DNA of 62,292 nucleotides, filler included. It is 13 parts of 13 records of this genome, joined end to end, with 100 filler letters (N's around TTAATTAATTAA, not from the genome) between each part and the next. Parts side by side here need not be neighbours in the genome. Positions count along the whole stretch, not along the records: positions 31,626 to 40,065 come from SRR15195285_2972; positions 40,166 to 45,636 come from SRR15195285_2973; 11 more parts are not named here. The stretch is one strand, 5' to 3'. A program made the position numbers and the translations under genes. Every line of letters starts with the position of its first letter. The first letter of the stretch is position 1. The notes under the pieces were generated by a model. That model worked only from the letters and a program-made list of their open reading frames with translations. It was not told the DNA's origin and made no database searches. Positions 35,099-45,736 of this stretch are shown here, piece by piece.

Positions 35099-35544
35099 CC
35101 TCGGTCATCAATCAGGGGCACAGCCAACCCATCACGCACGTGCTGCGCCCCCGCACCGGCACGCGCGCGCCACCGGCACGCACGCGCGGCGCATCGCACG
35201 GCCTCTCGAGGGGTGGCGCGCAGGCCGGCGCGGGCGCGCGCGTGCGTGGGCGTCTACATATATATTCGAATAGATAGCATAGGTCTATATGTAGTATATA
35301 TATCCTAGCGACACCAAGGCTGTGAGCACATATTTCCTCGCTGTGGGAGCTACGCCTGCGTAACCTGTGCAGGCCAGACAGATAGGGACAGGATCAGTCG
35401 CAGAGACGGTGAAGGAGGGACAACGATGTATTTGGGACCATCTGATGAGTTCTGGTCTAACAATCCAGCGCACGCTCACAGTCGCAGGGACTTGGGATAG
35501 TTGGAACGACCATAATCATAGCACGCGTTCATTCAGATCTCGTC

Positions 35545-36556
35545 TCAAAGCTTGTGAGCTCTCTTATGTTGTGGTGCTCTCTTCAATGGGTCTCGTAGCA
35601 ACGTCGATGTCCGGCCGGGCTGCTCATCCACGCCGATGGCGCCATGCATGGCTACCGTTGGAACGCTCTTGTCCGTGGCAGAGTACTTGTAGAAGATCGA
35701 CCGCCGCTCTCCGCTTCCCATCCACGGATATGTCGTATGCATCATGTACTCGCTGAACACGATCGCGGCACCCGCCTTCACAGAAACTTTCGTAACCATT
35801 TCAGGATACTGCAAGGTGGTGTCATCGACCGTGCGTGAGATGGGGAGTCGTAGCTGGGCCTTGTGTGAGCCTGTAACCGCGCCAAATCCCCCATCCGACG
35901 GGTGTCTACGTATCAGACAGGCGAACGTAGACAGGCGACTGCGCGTTAGCAGCTGGCACATATGCCGGTGTGTTCAGCTCGAGATCTAACCTGGCACAAA
36001 GGATACACGCACACATCAAGCAACTCGTAAACGACAGTGAGAAGCTCCCCCCTGGCAGACCCAGTGATTGCACCCGCCCCGGTCGCATGATTGGTTGGCC
36101 CACCATGGATACCCCCACTTAGAACGGGTCTCCCGCTGCCGTCGGGCTTCAGCGTTTGGACGTATCTGTAGCAGCCAGATCGTCGTCAATATATTGGCCC
36201 GGGACCGCAAATCAGGGAAAGAATTACGCGCACTCGTGGTCAAGCTTCACACCGGCACCCAGCCTCCCGTGAAGCAGTGGTGTGATGCATGGATTATCAA
36301 TGAGCGCCGTGAACGCAGGCCCCCAGTGGTACGGGAAGGGCCATCTACGAACGGTGCCGTCAGCCTTGGACTGCGCCACCAGCAGCTCACCCTCCACGCC
36401 CATGCACGTATCCAGGGCGGTGGCGCGCTCCAGCTCGGACGAGAGCGCCTCGAGCTGCTGTGGCGTCAGTGCGTCATCGACCACCACCCAGCCGCGGGTG
36501 TCGAGGAGGAACAGCTGCTCTGCGGTGCGCTGCGCGAGGTCAACCATCGACGCCAT
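35545..36556 (-). CDS. PhyH-family Fe(II)/2-oxoglutarate oxygenase; introns 36166-36233 and 35906-36012
   Basis: FLLDTRGWVVVDDALT, FTALIDNP, spliced LDHEY..IHGG..LTVVYELLDVHPSDGGFGAVTGSHK, AGAAIVFSEYMMHTTYPW..ERRSIFYKY. Confidence 0.88.
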
Positions 36557-37067
36557 TGTCGGCGTCCTTGTCAGCGCCCACAGGTGATACAGCAACGCGC
36601 GGCTGAGGGACCGACGACGAGCTGAGCTACGACGCTACGATACGCTCGCTCCGGCGGCGCCGCAGCGCTCCGCGGCCGATCCGGCGGCCTCCGTCCCGCA
36701 CACGCGCCATCGGTCCTGCATGCTGTACGGTGTACCTGAAGGTACACATGCACTTATGCACTATACGTGTATTTGTATAGATTCTGATTCTGATTCGGAC
36801 GCAGTGCCCAGATTCGAGATTGATGAAGTGAAACGCTGTCCACGCCGTCCACCGGCCGGTTGAACCCATGAACCCGCCGCCGCTCCGACGGCTCCGTGTG
36901 TACGTGTACACGCTCGTACGGGCATACCCCGACCAGCTGACAGTGATACCCGCAGCTACTGCTCTACTAGTACCACAGACGGATCCACCGACGGCACGCA
37001 GGCTCGCACGAGAAGCGCGATGCCGCACGGGGACGGGCCGCGAGGTGGCGTGGCGCATGGGACGGGG

Positions 37068-37619
37068 ATGGCGGACTCGCGCTTTCCGGAGCTAAGGAAC
37101 ACGCCTTGGTTTCCTTCGCTCGGTCGAGACGCGAACGCGCGGCCGACGACGAGCAGCCTGTGGGCGCAGATGGCGAGCCAGCCCTCCACAAGCTGGCCCG
37201 CAGAGTCTAATTCTCCTCGGTCGATGAACGGGGGTCCTCTCGCGGGGCCGTCTGGTTATATGGGGCTGCACACCATGCAGCGGCATACCGCACGGCAGGT
37301 CGTTGATGCCGCCAGGCCGATGGGCCGTGTTGAAGTCCCACGTTCACCCCGTGTGCCGCGGGCGCGCCGCGTGATGAACAAAGAAGAGCTAGCTGCATGG
37401 CGCGCGAAGCGTGATGCTGAGGATGAAGCCCTGCTGCGCGAGTTCCGTACAACTTCGGGCGGGTCATTCCCGGGTTGGGCGGAACATTTGAAGCCCGGTG
37501 GTGGCAAGCATGCCAAACTCCGCGACGGCACGGTAGACTTCCGTGAGATGAGCCTCATGAGCACAGGGCGGATAATCAACGCGGGCGGCAAGCGGCTCGT
37601 GCCGGGGCGCAATTCGTAA
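37068..37619 (+). CDS. Small hypothetical protein
   Basis: ATG-initiated ORF of about 180 aa with plausible composition and a short helical segment; no family recognised. Confidence 0.5.
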   Translation: MADSRFPELRNTPWFPSLGRDANARPTTSSLWAQMASQPSTSWPAESNSPRSMNGGPLAGPSGYMGLHTMQRHTARQVVDAARPMGRVEVPRSPRVPRARRVMNKEELAAWRAKRDAEDEALLREFRTTSGGSFPGWAEHLKPGGGKHAKLRDGTVDFREMSLMSTGRIINAGGKRLVPGRNS

Positions 37620-38111
37620 CCGCCTTGTCAGCGTGCTTTTTGACTGACCGAAAATGCACTTGCTCGAAAAGGCTTTGTGTCCTGACTGTGAAACGCCGAA
37701 TGCACACGCCCCAACAGCACACTGTCGCGCTGTCATCCTTATACGGCCTGTGGGGCACTGTCGGTCAATCACCACCTGCCTGCACCAAGATATCGGCGAA
37801 CCACTCCCCCCGTGCGTAACGGCGAACAAGCGCAGCGCCACGCGCTGACCGCAGAGGTGCTGAATAGTCGATCGTGGCCACCGGGTCTCCGCTACACAAC
37901 CCACTGCCGCCCCAGCTGCAACTCCTCGGTCGACGTCTCGCGCGGCTGTTGCTCTGCAAGTTAGCTATCAGCTACACAATACTTTACTGCTGAATTCTTC
38001 GTCGCATGGCAACTTATAAAGGGCGTATGGACCCATGTGCCTTTTGCCAATGCCATAAGATTCATGGGTGGGTTGCATGATTGTAAGGACACAATTACAT
38101 TTCAAAGTTCA

Positions 38112-40065
38112 CTAGAGGGCCGCGACACACATCGCCAGAACACAACAACAAGCGAGCACCGCCACCACCCACCCTAATATTCCGATCACCCACCATAGAT
38201 GTGCGTAAATCACAACGCTCAGAAGTATCATCGCTATCACAAGACACAGTGACAACAGCTTCTGCACACGTGCCTCCGTTGATTGTGTGTCTACGCCAAA
38301 CAGGTGTCGGGAAACAACACCTTCCATAGATGCTTTGCGATGCAGTTGCATGGCTATGGAGCACCCAAACAAATAGGCGAACCCTTCCATAATTGCCGTA
38401 AAGAAGAACAGGTACCATTTGCCGGACCGTGCTAGGTGTATCGCGCCAGCGAGACCACAACAGTAGGACCAGCCGAAATCACTACCAGAATCTTCTTCCG
38501 CGGCCCGGCTAGTGGAACCTGGATCGTTCTTCTCATTAAAGAAACCATTAAGAGCAAGTGCACAGGCAAGGAATACCTGCCAGGCGACCAACGACCAGAC
38601 TGATAGTGGCTCGTCGTCCTCGTCTCCATCGTCACTTTCTTCCTGCTCTTTTCCCGCGGCTGTCATCGGACTAGTGCGCACGCATGTCGACCTATCAGCT
38701 GTATCATGGTGATCGGGTGGGCACACGTTGCATTGTGAGCCTCTGAAGCTGCTGCTGCCTTGGAAATGGCCGGGCGGACACTTCATACACGCGCCGTCTG
38801 ATGCGAGGAAAAACCCAGATGAACACGCCTCACACGACTCGCCACCACGGCCCGGATCGCAAACACAGACGCCGATTGCATTGCACTCTCCATGACCGCT
38901 GCAAGTCAAGTCTGGTTCACATCGTACATTACAAATCGAGCCATAGTAGTGTTCATTGCACTCGCAAGTAAAAGAGCTGACGCCATCTATACACGTGCCC
39001 TGAAGTCCACACGCATTTGGAGTGCAGTCACCAATGTTGGTCCCGCACACCTCGCCCGCAAATCCTGTCAGACATGTGCAGCTATAAGTTCCTACACAGT
39101 CTTCGCAGATACCATTGTTTTGGCATGGACGTGACGCGCACTCATCGACGTTTGTGGCACAGGCATCACCACTGTAACCCTCTGCACAGGTGCAACTGAA
39201 TGAGCTGACGCCATCAGAGCAAAAACCATCGTTCTGGCAGGGATCTGAAGCACAATCATCAATGTCGATACCACAGGTTACCCCAGTAAAACCTTCTGTG
39301 CAAGAGCATTTGAACGAGTCGACTCCATCAGAACACCGACCCTCGTGTTCGCAAGGTGTAGACATGCAATCGTCATTGTTGATCTCGCAGCCTTCACCAC
39401 TGAAACCGGTGATGCACACACAAGACGATAGGTGCTCATCAAAATCATCGTGGTCACCACATTGAAGTTGAATATTGTTGGGCTGGCGTGAGTGATATCC
39501 TTGACTGGAAGAATTCCGCAGAGCCGAGCTATGGCCGACGGACACGACACCAGATCCGGTGCCAGTAGCGGAGAATTTGTTGAGCGCAACCATCGATAGC
39601 GCTATACCGATGACGACTATTGCTACCACCACCGCCACATGGAAGCAGCAGCTGGCCTGTCGTTTCTTCTCCTTGATAGGCACATGGGTGGTCGTGTCGT
39701 CCATGTTCAACTTCTTGGCATCCACATCATCCGTGTGCTCTCCAACTTCCGGGAGAGCATCACTGAGAGGGTTGAGGGTGCAGTCAGGAACAGCTTGCGA
39801 AATCTTGTCGTTCGCTTGCGTGCTTGCCTTTGAGTTTGTTGCCATCGGCTGCTGGTTGGTCATCTCTGCAAGAGGTTGACGCTTTGGCAACATGTTTTTC
39901 GCCAATTTCTCGTCTACCATCGCCGGTGCCTCCGCATGATCAGGGCTGCGCTCGGATCCCGATCCTGAACCTAGTTTCGGTTCGGTCTTGGATACGGTCT
40001 TGGATACGGTCTTGGTTTCGGCGTTGGTTTCGGCGTTGGTCTTGGTCTTGGTCTTGGTCTTGGTC
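38112..40065 (-). CDS. Multi-pass membrane protein with tandem Notch/fibropellin-type calcium-binding EGF repeats; 5' end open to contig break
   Basis: Repeats such as DDCASDPCQNDGFCSDGVSSFSCTCAEGYSG; one N-terminal TM and about 5-6 C-terminal hydrophobic helices. Frame stays open upstream through TKTK/NAET/KTVS repeats. Confidence 0.88.
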
Positions 40066-40165
40066 NNNNNNNNNNNNNNNNNNNNNNNNNNNNNNNNNNN
40101 NNNNNNNNNTTAATTAATTAANNNNNNNNNNNNNNNNNNNNNNNNNNNNNNNNNNNNNNNNNNNN
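40066..40165. other. Artificial contig spacer
   Basis: N44-TTAATTAATTAA-N44. Confidence 0.99.
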
Positions 40166-40554
40166 CTCTTCTCTCTCTCTCTTCTCTCTCTCTCTCTCAC
40201 ACACACTTCTGCAAACAGCCCTCCCTGCACCCGCTCGAAAACCGCGATGCCGATGGGACCTGGCTGCACCAACCCTAAAGCAACCCAGAGACTACTCTTC
40301 GCTGATCGAAACCCAGCCCTTTGACTTGTGGACGATCTCCAATTCGCCGTCGCGGCACCGCGGCGCATGCATGCACGAGGCCCGTCGCCGGCACGGGACA
40401 AGAGGGGTGCCGATGCATCGACTCCGGGTCAGTCTACTCGAGAGGATCCTACTGCCGGCTCACCGGATTCTCCAGTTCGGAACACCCCAGCATCCCCGTG
40501 CATGCCCTCCGGCACACGGTCACAATGGGTCGACGCGGTGCACTCGGTTGCTCG

Positions 40555-40615
40555 ACTCCCCGGGTACCGGTACACGGGTACGTACATGTACCCGAGTACC
40601 GGTACCCGGGTGCAA
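40555..40615. repeat. Palindrome-rich low-complexity tract (CCCGGGTACCGGTAC..GTACCGGTACCCGGG)
   Basis: Direct reading; nested GTAC and CCGG palindromes. Confidence 0.7.
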
Positions 40616-40740
40616 TTTTTTCCACAAGAACTGATTTTTGTTTCCGGGCCTCAGTACGGGTTTCTGACTGGAAAAGTCACCCAGCCGGCAAATACCACAA
40701 CTCCCAAAAATGAAGGGCCCGGAAGAAGACCCCGGAAGGC

Positions 40741-41787
40741 GGCTGGGTCGGTATGCCCAGTGTAGAATCTCTCGTGCCCGTCATCGGCTCAGTCAACACA
40801 GACTACCTCATTGACTCAAAAGCGCTTGTGTACCGCCAAAATGGTGTCTTTACTCAGAACAAGGTGTACAATATTGTCAAATACTTCTTTGGAGGCCTTG
40901 CGGCTCCGCACCTGAACAAAAGTTCAGTTGCATCGTTCCGGCGAGTGGTCCACATGTCACAAGTAATGCAAAGCGCATGCATCCAAGCGGAAACAGAGCA
41001 CTACCGACGAGGCCGCGACACCACAACGAAGACAGGTGGAGCTTTATATTGGATGATGAATGACGTCTGGCCTGCGCCGAGCTGGAGCTCGATCGAGTAC
41101 GGTGGCAGACGCAAGATGCTGCACTACGCTGCAAAGCGCTTCTATGCAACTATCTCACTGTCATCATTCTGCGAGCCATCCATCAAATCCTGCAAGAGCG
41201 TAGCAATCTCGGTCAACTCTGACAACTTGACCGCCGTTTCATGTCGGCTTTCAGTCACTTTCACTCGCTGGCGCGATGGTGTGGAGACGGTTCATCGCGG
41301 TTATAATCTCACAGTCAAGGCACAAGGAGCAGCAACACTCCAGATCAATGACACTGAATTTGCGGCGGCACTACTGGCTGCCGGCTGCTCGAACACCTCT
41401 GCGTGCTTTATGACGGGACATCTGACAGATTCTTCGGGGGACAACATCGCTCCGGATGTGTACCAGTGGCTCTCCGACTGGAACAGTGCCCAGCTACAGC
41501 CTACGGCACTGGCTCTCGCAACTCGACCACGCGCGCACAACAGTGACTCAGTAGAGGTGATTGTGAGCTCGAGCTCTATGTCTCCAAACGTGATGGTTCA
41601 TTGCTCGGAGCCAACAGACTTCGGGTGGTTCTCGGACAACGCCTTTACACTCCGACCTGGCGAAAATGTGACGGTAACCTACACGCCGCGCAAGGGCCCG
41701 CTTGGGATCGGCACCCACACGCCATGCAGGAGTGCTGCTTCGTTTTATGCCGTGTCCGTAAATGGGCTATCTAGTGTCAAACCGTGA
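40741..41787 (+). CDS. Beta-mannosidase (GH2), C-terminal half only
   Basis: GWVGMPSVESL, SQVMQSACIQAETEHYRR, GALYWMMNDVWPAPSWSSIEYGGRRKMLHYAAKRFY, FSDNAFTLRPGE. In-frame stop at 40711-40713 upstream. Confidence 0.8.
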   Translation, partial: GWVGMPSVESLVPVIGSVNTDYLIDSKALVYRQNGVFTQNKVYNIVKYFFGGLAAPHLNKSSVASFRRVVHMSQVMQSACIQAETEHYRRGRDTTTKTGGALYWMMNDVWPAPSWSSIEYGGRRKMLHYAAKRFYATISLSSFCEPSIKSCKSVAISVNSDNLTAVSCRLSVTFTRWRDGVETVHRGYNLTVKAQGAATLQINDTEFAAALLAAGCSNTSACFMTGHLTDSSGDNIAPDVYQWLSDWNSAQLQPTALALATRPRAHNSDSVEVIVSSSSMSPNVMVHCSEPTDFGWFSDNAFTLRPGENVTVTYTPRKGPLGIGTHTPCRSAASFYAVSVNGLSSVKP

Positions 41788-42715
41788 TGGTGTTCGACTG
41801 GACATGACTTTAGAGGCGGAGCAAGAGCTCCGACGAATGCGTGGGTTGCGATGACTGCGCAATTGTGAGCTGCATTGCGTGCCCGCGGATCGAGCAAAAG
41901 CCATTGCGGCACGTGCTACAATACAACTCGTCGTCACACACTCACTCTAGGCCGCTTGAGCCGACGCCCTGACACGCGAGCATTGCACAGCGGGCAACTA
42001 TAATTATGCAGTCTGAAGCCAGCTCAAAAGACAGTCCGGTAAAAGCGGTGGCCACACTGCGTCTCGGAACCATCTTGATTTAGCAGTGGCTCGAGGTAGC
42101 GAGGTATAGGGAGGAAGTATAGAAGGTCCACCTGATGTCCCGCCCTAGCGCCAGCTTCGTCCACCTTGCAGGAGACGCTCCGCCGTTTTCACCGTTTGAG
42201 CAAAAACGGGACAGATCAGGGGCAGCTGCTGGCTGTCGCTGCCGAGCCCACGCGGACTTGCCGCTGCGGAGCGTACGTTGTTGACTAGCGAGCGGGTTGA
42301 AACCAGAGCGAACCATTGGCTTTTCCGTACACTGGTACCTACATGTACCACTGAGGCCACTATCTTTTCGCAGTACAGAAAAGCTGAATAGATCTAAAGT
42401 GCGGTTTGCCCCTTGCGCAAAAAACGGATGCACGGGATCACGGGATCTCGACGATCAGTGCGTTATACTCCCTGCAGTCGCAAGATCAGGTCTATTCAGC
42501 ACCTATTCGGAGCTCTACGCCGCCGCATGTACTGGAAGCCGTGACATTGAAGAGAAGAATACAGTGTGAACACAACGCGTGTGGATTTTCAAGCAATGAC
42601 TGTCGGGGTTGTGCTTCTCAAAGAGAGAGCTGTACCGATAGCCCTAGCCGTACGAACTGTATACGGACGCTGACTGTACTCTTGACTGCGTTCAATCGGT
42701 TCACCGGCCGGAGCC

Positions 42716-45636
42716 TCACTCGCCAAGCACGCTCGTGATGGCGGCGGCCACGATGGCCGCCTGTGCGTTCATACCGACATCATCGTAGTGGAACTTGCAT
42801 GGATGAACTCGACAGATCGGACAGTCCGTGTAAAGCTTTCCGCACGTCTTTGTGACCTCGCCGTAGAGATCTACAATGGGAGCAGAAATGTGTTTCGACA
42901 CCACCTGCTTCGCAATCGCATTCATATCCTCCACCACCGTGCTGCCGATTGCGCGCCGCGGCATGAACGGGGTGGCGTCGACGTAAAGAATCTTCGTTCC
43001 CAGCGCCGCGAGCCGTTCGGTGATATTCGTGAGCTGCTCTCGATAAAGCGCCTCGCACCAAGAGCTGTTGTTCATGTTGTGCAAACCGAAGTTAAACGTA
43101 ATGACGTCCCACCGCACCGGCCGCATGTCTTGCGTCATCAACCAGCGGTCCAAACAGGCCACGCCCATCGCCGTATCCTTCGCGCCACCATCCGAAACAT
43201 CCCACGGACCGTGTTGCACCTGCGCCGTCGAGGCCAGGAGCTTCGGGACGCTCTTCGTCGCTTCCGTGGTGTATCCGATCGACACGCTGTCACCAATTAT
43301 CAAAACATTCTTGAGCGTCGTGGAGGGCGGCAGCCCCGGTCCAGGTTTGCAGCATACTGTCGTGTTTTTCTTGCCATCTGCTGGGAGGCCGTCTCCGCAT
43401 CCTTGTGACTTGCTCCACAGCGCATTCCCAATCTCGACAGTGCATCCGATCTTCGTGGGCGAGTACTGGGAAGCACAGCAATCTTCAAGCTTTGGGCACG
43501 CCGTTGGGAAACTAGCATTGCACTGTGCCGGTGCAGCGCGGTCACTCAGACTCGCACTCATGAAACGACGGCTGCCACCACGCGACCCCTGGGCGGTGTG
43601 GACTCGAGCTCGATCGCCGCGCCAGTTCGCCTTCGCCCTTGGCCCACTATTAGCAATGATTTTCTTCGCAACCTCTGGCCACGGGCTCCCGGTCGGCACA
43701 TTGACTACGTTTGTGCAGTTGCACTTCAGCCCATGCTTGGTGGGATCACCAGAGGCGCGCGCGAACAAACCATCGACGTGGTTGTCATGCGCTGGGCAGC
43801 CCTGAATAGACTGAAAGTAGTAATAGCCCATCGTGGCATTCGGGCAGTTGTCCACCACATTGTCGTTGATCGTAAAGCCTGCAGCCCAGTTGTCAACGTA
43901 TATGATGCTGACTGCGGCAGCACTAACGTCATGAAAGAAATTGCCAGAATATGTAGTGTTACCCCCCGAGCCAACTGAGTGGATGCCACCACCGTCAGTC
44001 GTGTCCCGCATGAAGTGCGACACGTCATTGTTAGCCACGACGTTGTTGTCATTGTAACCGAGCATCGGGTCGGTAGGAGGGAAGGGGAAGGTGGGGCCTT
44101 GTGTCGCTGGCCAGTTCCAGCTGATGCCACAGTATCTGGGCCACGACCAGCAGATCAGTCAGTGTGTTGGTTTGGTTGTGGCGAGGAAGGGAAAAAAAAG
44201 AAGAAGGAACTGAGGGACCGGTTTCTCTGCCACTTTCTTTTCCCTGCCTACGCACCCGACGTCCGTGATGAGGTTGTGCTCCAGTGTGCTATTGGCAACG
44301 ACCATCGAGTGCACTGCTGCAGCACCCGTATACTCTCTCGACAAATGCGCCATCGTGTTGTCTGCGATAGTGAGGCGGGCCAACTGCGTCGCTGGTTCAG
44401 CAACATTGTCATCGGTGCTACCGAGCATGACCGCCCCGCCACTCAAGTCGACGAATGTGCAGTATTGCACAATGACATCCTGTGTCGCGTTCTGAATCAA
44501 CAAGCCGAAAGCCCCAGCCGCGTCCAGGTGCAACCGTCGAATGTCAGCCTGTGTGAGCGTCTCACCACCACTGCCGCCGCCGGCTCCATGTAGCCGTGCC
44601 CCTCGAGGTTGAAGTAAAGATTAGAGAACCGTTCAATATAGCCGCCATCGTTGACCTGCGTCCAGGCTGAGTGCTCGAAGGTGAGATTGTGCCACTCCAC
44701 GTCGTGCGTATCGTGCACGCTCATCAGCATCTCACGTAGTCCCAGCACGACGGGCAACACACCACCTGTCGTGGACGGATTGTGCTCCGGCAGCAGCATG
44801 GCCAAGAGCAATCCCTTCTTACGATCCAAGTAGAACTGCCCCGGAAGCGTAAAGTTTCCCGTGTTCTCCACGTACGTCGGGTAACCGTTCTGACCATACT
44901 TGTACCCGCGACCGGTGCTGAGGCACGGCTGGGAGATGTTCACGGCCGTGCGATATGTCACTGGCGCGGGGTTCATGTTGGCCACGAACATGCCCGGTAC
45001 GGGGCTGAACGACGGCAGGACGTCACGATCCGTGATGTAGCACAGAGAGGGCGCCGATTTGTAGAGAATGCTGGCGCACGGTTTCGTGGCGTTCTCGCGC
45101 TTGCAGCACTCGGCCTGGCATGCCGCCCAGGAAGTGATGTTGTGCAGTGCTTCAATCGATGAGCCTGGCGATCGTCCTTCCAGCTTCTGACCCCACGCGC
45201 ATGTCGTCCGGGCGCCACTAGGCGTCGAGGGCGGAGCAGGCCCAAGGGCAGCAACGGTCGCGATCGGGCACCGATCTTGCGTGAATGCCCCCTGCTTGAC
45301 GATCTCTACGGTTGTTGGGTCTGTCCACGCTTGTGGCGCGGCCGAAGTCACTTCGTAGCCTCCAGCCGTAATAACGGAGTTGTCCGAGCCGAGCAGGGCG
45401 AACGTGGACGGGTCGTCGCGCGTGCGGTTGTAGCGGACGTCATCAACGTACATGGTCCGCACCGGGAGAACGTGTGGCTGCAGGGCCTCCGCAGGCGCGG
45501 GCGTGCTCCAGAGGTTCTTGCTGGCATCCACGCGCTTCCACGGCGTCGTGATGTGGAGGCCACCGTCGACCGCAGTGCCGCTGTCGTCAGCACCACTCCA
45601 GACGACCTTGAAGCAGCCTGCCACGCCGGCGTCTTC
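42716..45636 (-). CDS. GH141-like right-handed beta-helix protein with inserted PAN/apple-like domain and C-terminal SGNH hydrolase; frameshift near 44512-44515, intron 44136-44255; 5' truncated
   Basis: VVWSG, RTMYVDDVRYNRTR, YVEN..PGQFYLD, NLTFEHSAW, HNLITDVGYCGIS, DGGGIH, IIYVDN; CQAECC..CASILY..CY; then IIGDSVSIGY, FNFGLHN, DLY and FHY. Confidence 0.8.
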
Positions 45637-45736
45637 NNNNNNNNNNNNNNNNNNNNNNNNNNNNNNNNNNNNNNNNNNNNTTAATTAATTAANNNNNNNN
45701 NNNNNNNNNNNNNNNNNNNNNNNNNNNNNNNNNNNN
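45637..45736. other. Artificial contig spacer
   Basis: N44-TTAATTAATTAA-N44. Confidence 0.99.

Noticed and set aside
18121-45636. Polysaccharide-utilisation-locus-like cluster
   Set aside because: The enzymes sit on different contigs. Same-contig pairs (lactonase/sulfatase, GH2/GH141-like) are merely convergent neighbours.
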